64,000 nt of DNA. Source: a virus. The translations under genes and the position numbers were made by a program. Location: IMG/VR virus record IMGVR_UViG_3300037201_000018, positions 1 through 64,000 of that record; one strand, given 5' to 3'. The first letter of the stretch is position 1. Each line of letters starts with the position of its first letter. Below, in pieces: positions 18,754 through 28,301 of the stretch. Under the pieces are notes generated by a model, which did no database searches, was not told the DNA's origin, and worked only from the letters and a program-made list of their open reading frames with translations.

Positions 18754-19059
18754 ATGCCAACAAATCCCCCAGTCGAACCCAAGAAGAAGGTCCGTAAGTT
18801 CCGGTTGATGTCTGGCTACGGCAAGCACACCGACTCGAAGGGCAGCCACGCTCCTGGAGACGTCGTGACGGTTGAGTACGACGACTATGCTGGCGATCCT
18901 TCCGACGAAGAAGCGAAGAACAAGCACCACGACCCACACGACCTCTCCAAGGCGTTCCTTGGACAGCCCAGTAATCCCCGCTTCGTGGAGTTCAAGGACG
19001 GCGAGCCTCTCCCCAAGCTGAAGGAAGAGCAGCCAGCGACGACTGGTCCTCGCATCTAG
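18754..19059 (+). CDS. hypothetical head-associated protein
   Basis: AGGAG RBS; KVRKFRL N-terminus resembles KKYKFRL of the preceding ORF. Confidence 0.5.
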   Translation: MPTNPPVEPKKKVRKFRLMSGYGKHTDSKGSHAPGDVVTVEYDDYAGDPSDEEAKNKHHDPHDLSKAFLGQPSNPRFVEFKDGEPLPKLKEEQPATTGPRI

Positions 19060-19105
19060 TCAGTCATATTAACCACGTCGTCTACGTCAGTAACTGGAGC
19101 GACAG

Positions 19106-19549
19106 GTGCCATTAAGGACGAACGACTCGACGGTTCGCTCGACAATCAAGATGTCGCCGACGACGCCGACAGCCATCTTCATCCTGATGGCCAACTCGCT
19201 AACGAACCAGGTCGCTCTAAACGACGCCTACGCTCAGCTCGACGCCAACACGTTGCTCTGCATCGAGACGCTGCTCGCCTGTCACTACATCGCGAGTCAC
19301 CCCGACGAGCAGCAGTACGCTTCGAGGACGACTGAGGGAGCCTCTGCTTCGTTTCAAGGCCAGTTCACGGTCGCTCTCAAATCGACGAAGTATGGGCAGG
19401 ACGCGATGATGCTGGACGTGACGAACTACCTCGCTCGACACTCGAAGGAGGTCGAGGACGGATACCGACGAGTCGCCGGTATCGCCTCCCTGGCGGGACA
19501 TCAGTGGCCTGCGAGTGTGAACGAACTGGATGAGGGACCCGAGGACTAG
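19106..19549 (+). CDS. head-tail adaptor/connector protein
   Basis: IETLLACHYIA...LKSTKYGQDAMMLD pattern typical of adaptor proteins; position. Confidence 0.7.
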   Translation: MPLRTNDSTVRSTIKMSPTTPTAIFILMANSLTNQVALNDAYAQLDANTLLCIETLLACHYIASHPDEQQYASRTTEGASASFQGQFTVALKSTKYGQDAMMLDVTNYLARHSKEVEDGYRRVAGIASLAGHQWPASVNELDEGPED

Positions 19550-19551
19550 AG

Positions 19552-19752
19552 ATGAATTCATTTAGCTACAAGTACGTCATTGGAGTAGTGCTTACCGTCT
19601 TAGTTCTACTCTCAGCGTTTTTAGGAATTGGCGGAGTTTGGGGTTGGATCAAGGGCGACTCGGCCTGGCAGGTCTTTTTGACGTTCTTGATCGTTGGTGG
19701 TACGGTCGCAGTCGTGACTTACGTCGCACATGCCTTCTTCGGAGTCGGCTAG
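19552..19752 (+). CDS. small two-TM membrane protein
   Basis: Two hydrophobic helices in 66 aa. Confidence 0.55.
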   Translation: MNSFSYKYVIGVVLTVLVLLSAFLGIGGVWGWIKGDSAWQVFLTFLIVGGTVAVVTYVAHAFFGVG

Positions 19753-20135
19753 TGCCACCACTTGAGTCAATGGATCGGAACCAACTAGCGACTCTCTGGA
19801 CGAACACGGGAGCGGGTAACTACGGGACTCCGATCGTCTCAGCGACGTCTCAGAAACTACTTGTGAGGTGGATCGACACTGTGGAGGAAGGGACCAACGA
19901 GCAGGGAGAGGTCATCAGCGTCTCGGCGACAGTCGTGATCGATCCCACGATACCGATCCCTCCAGTTGGGAGCCTACTGCGTTACGGTTATCCGCCACCG
20001 GTTGGTTTGAGTCCAGGGAACCTGATGAGAGTTGCAAACTACAAGCACGGACGAGACATCAAAGGTAGAAACCAGCGAGTCGTGCTCGTCCTCGAACGAT
20101 ACAAGAACAGCCTGCCACTGGCAGCGACAGCGTAA
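19752..20135 (+). CDS. head-closure (stopper) protein; probable GTG start at 19752
   Basis: NQLATLW...GNYGTP...VRWID...GEVISVSATV pattern; GTG overlaps the upstream stop. Confidence 0.6.
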   Translation: MPPLESMDRNQLATLWTNTGAGNYGTPIVSATSQKLLVRWIDTVEEGTNEQGEVISVSATVVIDPTIPIPPVGSLLRYGYPPPVGLSPGNLMRVANYKHGRDIKGRNQRVVLVLERYKNSLPLAATA

Positions 20136-20147
20136 AGGAGACTCCTG

Positions 20148-20369
20148 ATGAACGCACTCATGACGTTAGGTCAAGTGGTCGGCGGCGGGATGGGGATCGT
20201 CCAGATGGTTGTCGTCGGGATCATCATCATCGCGGTCATCGCAATCGGAGTCGTCGCGGTTAAGGCGATGGGTCTCTCGTTCCCGCCCTGGGTCGTGACG
20301 ATCTTCTGGATCGCCGTGATCGCAATCGTTGCTATTTTTGCGATCAAGCTGCTCATCGGTCTGTTCTGA
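20148..20369 (+). CDS. small hydrophobic membrane protein (holin candidate)
   Basis: Two very hydrophobic segments; AAAGGAG RBS. Confidence 0.5.
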   Translation: MNALMTLGQVVGGGMGIVQMVVVGIIIIAVIAIGVVAVKAMGLSFPPWVVTIFWIAVIAIVAIFAIKLLIGLF

Positions 20370-20433
20370 GTTGATCATGGTCGCTAGTTGCAGTTCTACA
20401 TTGAGTTGACCAATTAAGAATCAAGGCGAACGG

Positions 20434-20790
20434 ATGACCACGAAGCAAGAGATGGCAGACGCTTTGGCTCTGGCGTCTAAGCAGCCCACCAAGGGGCATG
20501 CAGACGAGATGTCTCCACTCACCATCAACCTCGCCAAGGCAGAGCACGTTCGTATACTCTTGGCCCTCATCCTGCACACCGCGGTCGTGCTGGGTTCAGT
20601 CATCGCAGTGATCTGGTCAGCAACGGCCACGATCAACACTCGACTCTTGTCGCTGGAGATCCACAGAGACAGAGACCACGAAGAGTTCAAGACGATGGCC
20701 GTCGACTTCAAGATCATCGCCATCCAAGTGTTGCGGAACCAGGAGGGCGTCAAGAGTCTGAACGACCGAGTGGGCAGAGGCGGTAAATGA
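20434..20790 (+). CDS. membrane protein with one TM and a coiled tail
   Basis: ILLALILHTAVVLGSVIAVIW hydrophobic stretch. Confidence 0.5.
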   Translation: MTTKQEMADALALASKQPTKGHADEMSPLTINLAKAEHVRILLALILHTAVVLGSVIAVIWSATATINTRLLSLEIHRDRDHEEFKTMAVDFKIIAIQVLRNQEGVKSLNDRVGRGGK

Positions 20791-21140
20791 TGCCGTCGAA
20801 AAGTTCAAATTTTGAAAAGGAAATCGCTGTATGGCAAAGCGCAAAGCACATGAATTGGTAACGCCAGCGGTTCCAATCGCACCAACACTGGTCCGCGTCC
20901 AAGGTGCCCCGACAGGTCCCGGAGATTATCGCGTCAAGCTCACGGCGTCCGCCTCGCAGGACGAGCCACGCCCTGAGGTGTTGAGCGTCGATTCGGTCGA
21001 CGAGATCTTCATCTATGGTCGACCGAAAGGGTTCTTCGGCATGGCCGGGTTCAAGATCGACAAGCAAGTGATCGAGTGGTTCGAGAAACTGCCCTGACGG
21101 TCTCTCTGTTCGTAGCGACTTACTTTTTATAGGTAAACGG

Positions 21141-21503
21141 ATGAGCGAAGCGGACATCAAGCTGCCGATCCCGAGGAGCTGGTTCAACAACCTGGCTCTG
21201 AAGATCAGCGGGACCGTAATCAGTGCTGTCATCCTCAGCATGTTCGCCGCGGTCGGTACGGCCTACCACTTCATGAGCGACACGAAGGAGAGACTCTCGG
21301 TCCTGGAGACTGAGATGAAGGGCCTGATCGGAGAGACGAACCAGCGAGTTGACCTCGTCGACCGCAGGGTGGAAGCTGCGATGAGGAAGTCCAAGATGCA
21401 CGAGCAGCAGATCGCTGGCTTGCAGAGAGAAGACCGCGAGATACACCAGGTCATGAAGGTCCAGGGTCGAGAGCCGCAGGAACCAGTACCGAGCGGGAAG
21501 TGA
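21141..21503 (+). CDS. TM plus coiled-coil protein (lysis-block type)
   Basis: N-terminal TM followed by a heptad-rich region. Confidence 0.5.
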   Translation: MSEADIKLPIPRSWFNNLALKISGTVISAVILSMFAAVGTAYHFMSDTKERLSVLETEMKGLIGETNQRVDLVDRRVEAAMRKSKMHEQQIAGLQREDREIHQVMKVQGREPQEPVPSGK

Positions 21504-21504
21504 G

Positions 21505-21984
21505 ATGACTCATCTGTTCTCGTTACTGTTAGTTCTCTGGCTCGCCCTGCCCGTCGTCGCAGGACAGGGAAGGCAGACGCTCGTCGTCGAGACAAGCTAC
21601 GACTATGGGACTGTCTGCCGTTGGTTAGAGAGGAACGCCGACCGAGTTCGGGAGAGCAGTGGGGCGATGACGGTTGGGAGGGACGGAACGACCTCCACCG
21701 TCCAGAGCGAGACGAAGCGCGGTATCGAGGTCTTCAGAATCAGACAGTACGGAGCCAAGGGAAGATATCGAGCCGTCTTCGTCCAGTCGCTGAAGGGATC
21801 TGTCACGGACTTCGAGTGCCACATCGACATCCGACCATTACCAGAGAACCGAACGAGCGAGATGACAGTCGTCCTGATCGCGGCAGCCAGTAACTCGAAC
21901 TCGGTGGAGATCAACGTCGAACTCAGGAAGTCTCTCCGTCTGATGAGGACATACATTCAATCTCGACTGGTGACGAACAAGTGA
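21505..21984 (+). CDS. secreted hypothetical protein
   Basis: Signal-peptide-like MTHLFSLLLVLWLALPVVA. Confidence 0.5.
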   Translation: MTHLFSLLLVLWLALPVVAGQGRQTLVVETSYDYGTVCRWLERNADRVRESSGAMTVGRDGTTSTVQSETKRGIEVFRIRQYGAKGRYRAVFVQSLKGSVTDFECHIDIRPLPENRTSEMTVVLIAAASNSNSVEINVELRKSLRLMRTYIQSRLVTNK

Positions 21985-22171
21985 TCTACTACCCTGACGA
22001 GCAGGACGTGAGGATCGGCGACAAGGTTGAGGAGATTGGACGCGGGATCAGAGGAACGGTGACTGCGATCAACGAGTACCAGTTAAACCCAATCGAAGTA
22101 ACAGACGACGACGATAACTGTGTGGATCAGGTAGGACCTGAAGTGCTGACCCTCTTGGAACGGAAACAGGG

Positions 22172-22615
22172 ATGACTGACGAAGAGAGAGACGCCGAAGA
22201 GACGGGAGACGTCTTCACGAGCAAGCACCGGCTCCAGCCGAACGAGAGCCTGGTCTACACGCTCGTCGAGATGGCTGGTGGTTGGTTTCCGATTGGCGTC
22301 TTCCTACTGCTCTCCGGTGCCTCGTTCGCGTTCATGTTCGTACATCCCGAGCACGCCCCGGTCGTCTTCGGGTTCATCGGGACCGCACTGCTGCCAATCG
22401 TGATCGGACACCAGGCCTGGAAGACTCGGCAGAACACGGACGTCGCCGCTACGGCGATCAACAGCGTGTCCAGGACGACGACGGCGAACGTGATCGAGAA
22501 GATGCAGGATGGGGTCGGAACGAAGATCGCCGATCAGGTAGCCAGCAAGGTGAACGAGAGAGTTGACGAGAAAGTGAAGAGTGCGATCGACGAGAAACTG
22601 CCAGGAACGAAGTAA
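22172..22615 (+). CDS. two-TM membrane protein (holin-like)
   Basis: Two TM helices then a charged C-terminus. Confidence 0.5.
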   Translation: MTDEERDAEETGDVFTSKHRLQPNESLVYTLVEMAGGWFPIGVFLLLSGASFAFMFVHPEHAPVVFGFIGTALLPIVIGHQAWKTRQNTDVAATAINSVSRTTTANVIEKMQDGVGTKIADQVASKVNERVDEKVKSAIDEKLPGTK

Positions 22616-23981
22616 TGCTAGTCGACTACGAAGACGTGAGGTCAGGGATCAGGGAGAGTTGGAAGCGGGATCATCACCTGCTCGGGTTCGTCATCTGGCG
22701 ACCGTTTCACAACGAGAGACACTTCAACAGCTGTCTCGGCTCGATCCTGACGGAGTTCGATTGTCGAGACGACCTCGGTGACTACGGTTCGCTAGAGACG
22801 GACAAGGACGACGCCGAGACGGAGGTGATGGCAGAGATCATTGACGTCGTCGTCGCAAAGGAGTTCCCTCACGTCAACGAGAACAACGTCCTCGTGCGAA
22901 TGGCGATTCACTTCATGACGGTCGAACTGGTCAAGAAGTTACACGAGGCGCAGGAAGGACTTAGTCCTAGAACGAAGGTGGAGCGATGGCTGGGACAGTA
23001 CAAGGCGGTGGTGGAGTAGGCAAAGCGGTCGCGATCGGCTGTGGTTGCTTCATCGTGATCATCGTGGTCTCGATCCTACTGAGCGTGGCTTCCTACTGCT
23101 TCTGGCTCTTCAGGGACATGTTCCTGCCGGGCGACCGAGACAACCACCCACCGATCAACAACGCGAAGCTGATCGACCGGGCTTACGAGAACGAGCGGAT
23201 ACTCAACGCCGAGGTTTACGAGCAGGCGGCTGACAACGAAGAGCTGGACGTCCCTCAGGAACTCCTCAAGGCTCACAAGCGGGCGTTCGTCGAGGTCCAG
23301 AGGAACCTTAAGCGGAACATGGATCGGGAGGGGCGGAAGAGGGCCTATCACGAGCTGGCGGTAGAGACGAGGGGGAGCAGGAGACGGGCCGACCCCGATC
23401 CCCAATCTCAAGAGAGTCGGCAGCCTACGGAGAGTCAGCCATTAGAGACAGTTCCTCAACGACGTGCGATTCAGAGACCGGGCCGAACGCTGCTCGAAGA
23501 GAAGTAAAGAGAGGAAACGATGCTAGACCCTTACGTGATCGTCCCGATGCTGCTCATCCTACTCCTAGCGGTGTTCGCGTCGTACTTCATGGTCGCCCTA
23601 CTCGTCTACGTCCGACTGAAGGACGGGATAGTCCCCTCGCTCCTGTGGCTCGTCTATCCCCTGATCGTCTGGCTCAAGACCCGTAAGGTCCGTGCGCCAG
23701 TCAACCCGCTAACCCTCCTGACGAACGAGATCCTCGGCCTCAAGCTGCTGATGACCGAGAACCTGGTGACGATGAAGCTGATGCTACAAGGGAAGGGGCC
23801 AGCGTTTGTCCCAATCAAGGACGATCCCAAAGGTCCAATCAAGGACGATCCCACTGGGAACGTGATTAAGCCGATCCCGATAAGTGATCCCACTGCTCCC
23901 CTGTTACCGACGACAACGACGAGTACGACAGAGACCCCCCTGCCGAGTTCGATCGAGCCAGTTAAGCAGTTCGCTCGCTAG
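22615..23981 (+). CDS. hypothetical and membrane ORFs (22615-23019, 22986-23507, 23520-23981)
   Basis: Co-oriented ORFs; the latter two have N-terminal TM segments. Confidence 0.5.
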
Positions 23982-23997
23982 ATAGAAGGAAACTGAG

Positions 23998-24861
23998 ATG
24001 GACTTCGCATACGGTTGGAACGTCGCGAAAGAGGATCACGCCCAGCTGATGGCGACCCAGCAGCGGTTTGACTTGTCCCACTACATGGCCTACAAGATCC
24101 CGCGGCAGGTCGACCAGCGGAAGCACGTCAGGATCAAGAACCAGCAGCAGGTTGGAGCTTGCTCGGGGTTCTCTCGCTCGACGATCCAGGAGACGTTGCA
24201 CGGGATATTGACCAAGTGGAAAATCCCCGTCAACCTCTCTGCCAACTTCGCGTACATCACGAACCAGCAGCGGTGCGGCTGTACGGGAGGAGACAAGGGG
24301 GCGACAATTAGTGGCTCGGCGATTGCTGCCAAGCAGGACGGCATTTGCCTGGAGTCGATGGCCCCCTTCCGCGGGGTCTACGATCCCAACATCTCGGGTC
24401 AGTCTCGTCAGTTCGCTCGGCAGCACACCGTCCAGAGTCACTCAGTCATTTCGTCCTATAGAGCGGCGATCCAGTACCTCGGCACAGTCGGGTGCATCCA
24501 GATCGGGATGCCGGTCGGCAACGGCTTCCAGTCGTGCAAGGGACCACTGACGACTCAGATGATCAGGAGGGACGTACAGAGTCCAGAAGGTGGCCATGCC
24601 CTCGCGATCGTTGGCTACCTGCTCCCCCAGACGATCGGGATCGAGACGAGAGAGGAAGATCCCTGGTTGTTAGGGGTCAACTCCTGGACCGAGGAGTTCG
24701 GCGACAACGGGTTCTTCTACGTCGAGCCAGAGGGAGCTGACCTACTCCTTTCCATGATCAGTCACGGTGAGGTCGAGTGCGTGGGGATGTCCAAGCAGGA
24801 GACCTTCAAGGGCGACGACAACAACTCGATCGACTTCGACGACGAAACGATCCTCTGCTGA
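23998..24861 (+). CDS. papain-like (C1) cysteine peptidase
   Basis: NQQQVGACSGF (oxyanion Q and catalytic C), GGHALAIVGY (His), NSWTEEFGDNGFFY (Asn). Confidence 0.85.
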   Translation: MDFAYGWNVAKEDHAQLMATQQRFDLSHYMAYKIPRQVDQRKHVRIKNQQQVGACSGFSRSTIQETLHGILTKWKIPVNLSANFAYITNQQRCGCTGGDKGATISGSAIAAKQDGICLESMAPFRGVYDPNISGQSRQFARQHTVQSHSVISSYRAAIQYLGTVGCIQIGMPVGNGFQSCKGPLTTQMIRRDVQSPEGGHALAIVGYLLPQTIGIETREEDPWLLGVNSWTEEFGDNGFFYVEPEGADLLLSMISHGEVECVGMSKQETFKGDDNNSIDFDDETILC

Positions 24862-25067
24862 AAGGCAACTCGAATGGGAGATAAGTCACTAGTTGTTGAG
24901 TCCGAACAGTGGATTGCTGGGGATCGAAAACGATCTGCGGAAGACTTGTTACGCGAGTGGATTGCCTACGGTAGTGGTATTGAACTGGGAATCAAACACG
25001 ACGCTCGCTTAATCAATGAAGCTCGGAAGAGTCTAAGAGAAGTAATACTTGGTCAGGGAATGCAATC

Positions 25068-26468
25068 ATGAACAAACTTGTACTCGTCCTCTTCGTCTTG
25101 CTACTCTGCGGGTGTACCGCGGGGAAGGCTCAATCGACTGGCCCCGCGTCTCAGTCAAGCTATAACGACTCTGACTCGCAGGACCAACCCCTGGTTTACA
25201 ATAACCCTGACCAACCAGAACCTCGTCAGATCCCTCAGCGAAAGAGGTACAGCTCAGTCAAGACGAGGAGGACGAACGCCCCTCCCGCCGCGCCTCCGAC
25301 GGAGGACGAGGACAACTCCCAATCCAGTCGATTGGCTCTCTGTCCTCCGATCGACATCCCGCTGGGTTGGACTGGCTCGGTGATCTACGAGCAACCAGGG
25401 AAAGTCTGTCCCAACTGTCCCAAGCTCCACAAGGCGATCCTCGCAGCGGGGTATCACATCGCGGCTCCCGGAGACGACACCGACGCTCCCTACCTCTCGG
25501 TAGTGCTCCAAGGGGCGACAGACGAGGAAGTAGAGCAGTTATTCATCCAGAGGAATATCACGTTGACCCCGACGGTCGTCGACTTCGAGAACGGCAAGGA
25601 GGTGACTCGCACGGTCGGCTACCTGGGGACTGACGCCGAGGTTCAGGCGATCCTGATCAAGAACCCCGTGATCCGCCCCGCCATCCGGCAGCGAATGATC
25701 AGAGACAACAGTCGTCAGCGATCGTCGCGCAGCAGCGAGGTTCCGCCGACGAAGAGCCGAAGCAAGATCGAGTACGCCGTTGATCAAGTTCCTGAGGATG
25801 AGGAAAGTCAAAGCGAACTATATCGGAAGGCCCTCGCTGCTGCTGATGAAGCTGATAGAACTGGGGGCTGGAAAAGTTATTATGCGACTCCAGTCAAATC
25901 TAGTTCCCCTCAGTATCAAAAGGTGAGTGAAATTGACTTCAGCGCCTATCCAGATGGGACTAAGATCAAGACTTACGACTGTGGGAATCCTGAGCATCCC
26001 CAGATTGGAACTGTCACAGTTAGGAACGGCAATCCGATCAGGGAAGACGGATCTAACTGTTTATCTCCTATGACTACCTACAGCACAACAGTTCCTTACT
26101 CAAATCGAATGACGGTAACTCTCCCTACCGATCCCCCGGTTCAGTACGACGCTCCGCCCCAGCAGGGCTATCCAGTAACGGTCGTCGACTGCGGGAGACC
26201 AGACCATCCAGTGATCGGGAGTTACCAAACTCCAGTGATGACACAGAATTATCAACCGAGTTACTCGTCGTCTAACTACTCAAGTCCGAACTACTCCCAA
26301 GGCTATCCCCAACAAAACTACGGCAACGGTTATTCGCAGCAAGTAGTCCCGATGAACTACCAATCCTACGCTCCCCCAGTCAATATTCAATCTTACGGTC
26401 AATACTACGGAGGTGGCTTCTCTGGCGGGTGTCCTCCAGGCGGTTGTCCTCCGAGATATGGTTACTAA
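25068..26468 (+). CDS. lipoprotein with thioredoxin-like domain and a Y/Q/S/P-rich tail
   Basis: Lipobox-like LLLCGC; CPNC redox motif; ITLTPTVVDFENGKEVTRTVGY cis-Pro strand typical of thioredoxins. Confidence 0.7.
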   Translation: MNKLVLVLFVLLLCGCTAGKAQSTGPASQSSYNDSDSQDQPLVYNNPDQPEPRQIPQRKRYSSVKTRRTNAPPAAPPTEDEDNSQSSRLALCPPIDIPLGWTGSVIYEQPGKVCPNCPKLHKAILAAGYHIAAPGDDTDAPYLSVVLQGATDEEVEQLFIQRNITLTPTVVDFENGKEVTRTVGYLGTDAEVQAILIKNPVIRPAIRQRMIRDNSRQRSSRSSEVPPTKSRSKIEYAVDQVPEDEESQSELYRKALAAADEADRTGGWKSYYATPVKSSSPQYQKVSEIDFSAYPDGTKIKTYDCGNPEHPQIGTVTVRNGNPIREDGSNCLSPMTTYSTTVPYSNRMTVTLPTDPPVQYDAPPQQGYPVTVVDCGRPDHPVIGSYQTPVMTQNYQPSYSSSNYSSPNYSQGYPQQNYGNGYSQQVVPMNYQSYAPPVNIQSYGQYYGGGFSGGCPPGGCPPRYGY

Positions 26469-26478
26469 CCCGAGGAGA

Positions 26479-26809
26479 GATGATGACGAATATCTTGACT
26501 TACCTGAAAGCATTGACTGATGGCCAAGCGAAAACCGAAGCTGCAAAGGCCGCGTTGGAGATGGTCGCGAAGGCTCAGGGGTCGCTCGAATCCCTGAAGG
26601 CTGCCGAACAGCAGGCCGTCGACGACCTGAACGACATGCTGGCCGCTGACGGCTACCTGATCCGCACGGGTCACGGACTCGCCTGTCTGCCGACGACCAC
26701 GAGCACGACGACGACCTTACCGGGAAACGTCGTCCCTCCCGCCGCAGGAGGCATCGTCGGAGAGCTGACGAACGTGGTTGAGGAAGCGGCTTCTCGGATT
26801 CCTTCGTAA
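26479..26809 (+). CDS. hypothetical protein
   Basis: GAGGAG RBS before ATG ~26479-26482; helical N-terminus. Confidence 0.45.
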
Positions 26810-26831
26810 CACAACAAAGGGAGTGACTCAA

Positions 26832-27467
26832 GTGAAGTACAGAGACTTGTTCAAATCGTCCAAATTTCCGTTGATCCTCGCAGTCGCTGTGATGATCGCG
26901 ATCTGCATTCCTACGAAAACTGCTCAGGCTTACGGCGGTGCTGGCGGAGGGCTGCTGATCCCAGTCGCTACGAACTTCGCCTTCGGAGTCGGGGAGGGAA
27001 TCGGGAAGGCTCTCGTCAATCGAGCGTTCACGAGGCAGGTGGCTCATCAGGGGTACGGCTACGGGGCCTATGCTGCTCCCAACTGTTCTCAACCAGCCCA
27101 AGCCTACGGAGCGACTTACGCAACGCCTGTCTACTCAGCCCCAACCTATGCGGCTCCAAACTGTTCTCAACCATCTCAGTCGTATGCATCTCCAGCTTAC
27201 TCAGCCCCTAACTGCTCTCAGCCCGCTCAGTCTTACGGGGTTGCTCCGAGCTATTCGGTAGCTCCAGCTTATCAAGCTCAAGTCTACTCAGCACCAACCT
27301 ATGCGGCTCCGATGTACGCAGCTCCTCCTGTCTACGCTTCGCCCGCCTATGGATACGGGATCGGGTTTGGTATTGGCTTCGGTGACGGTAGGGGAAGAGG
27401 CGACTACCGACGAGTTCACTACCACGAGAACCACAACGGGAATATCCACGGGACTTGGAGACGTTAG
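26832..27467 (+). CDS. secreted low-complexity protein with Y(A/S)APNCSQP repeats (probable GTG start 26832)
   Basis: Signal peptide ending AQA; three APNCSQP copies and two YSAPTYAAP copies. Confidence 0.65.
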   Translation: MKYRDLFKSSKFPLILAVAVMIAICIPTKTAQAYGGAGGGLLIPVATNFAFGVGEGIGKALVNRAFTRQVAHQGYGYGAYAAPNCSQPAQAYGATYATPVYSAPTYAAPNCSQPSQSYASPAYSAPNCSQPAQSYGVAPSYSVAPAYQAQVYSAPTYAAPMYAAPPVYASPAYGYGIGFGIGFGDGRGRGDYRRVHYHENHNGNIHGTWRR

Positions 27468-27480
27468 TTCGACATGCTCG

Positions 27481-27544
27481 CGTCCGACCGTTGGACCGCA
27501 AACGGGTGTTGCTACCTCACAGGGTCTCAGCGGTCGGACGTTTT
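27481..27544 (+). terminator. long hairpin followed by TTTT (terminator or regulatory structure)
   Basis: cgtccgaccgttg (27481-93) pairs with cagcggtcggacg (27528-40), then tttt. Confidence 0.55.
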
Positions 27545-27561
27545 AACTACATGAGATAACT

Positions 27562-28299
27562 ATGCCAATTGTTCCTGGATTCGTACCAGATTCGACTGCT
27601 AACTTCGTTCGTCCTCCAGCGAACGGATTCGGTTTGAGATTGTACGGAAGTAGTAGCGGTCACGTCGGGCTGAGGCCGGCAGCCGCAGCAGGAGCAGTCG
27701 ACTTTACACTCCCGGCAGCGGACGGAGCTAACACGAACGTGCTTCAGACTAATGGATCTGGCATCTTGAGTTTCGTGGCAGTTGGTGGTGCTGGTGCTCC
27801 GACTGCTCAAAACCTTCTAGCATTCATCTGGTGATCGATGGCTAAGACGAGTACCCTCCCCTGTACGCAAGCCTACTTCGACATCATGGCGAGCATCGTC
27901 CTCGCGACGGGGAACATCGGCACGACGATGACAACTGCCCCAACTTCGGGGAACCTCGTTCTGCTCCATACGGCGGGAGCGAACGACGGGGTCATTAAGT
28001 CCCTGATCGTGAGTATGGACGACAGTACGGCGAGGGTGCTCACGTTCTATCGAGCGATCGGGATCGTTACCCCGTTCTGGCCGATCGGCACGGTGAACAT
28101 CCCGATCAACTCTGGAGCGACTGGAGCGATCGCCAACGTCGACGTACTCGGGTCGGCGTTCCTGATCGGATTGGAATTGGACGCAGCTGGAAAGCCAATG
28201 CTTGGGATTCAAGCAGGTAACTCGATCTTCGTAGGCTGCCAGACGACAGTGACGACGGCGAAAACGATCAGCATCACCGGCAGCGCACAGGACTTCTAA
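27562..28299 (+). CDS. two small structural/fibre-associated proteins (27562-27834, 27838-28299)
   Basis: FTLPAADGANTNVLQTNGSGILSF is a common phage fibre motif; beta-rich second ORF. Confidence 0.55.
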
Positions 28300-28301
28300 A
28301 C

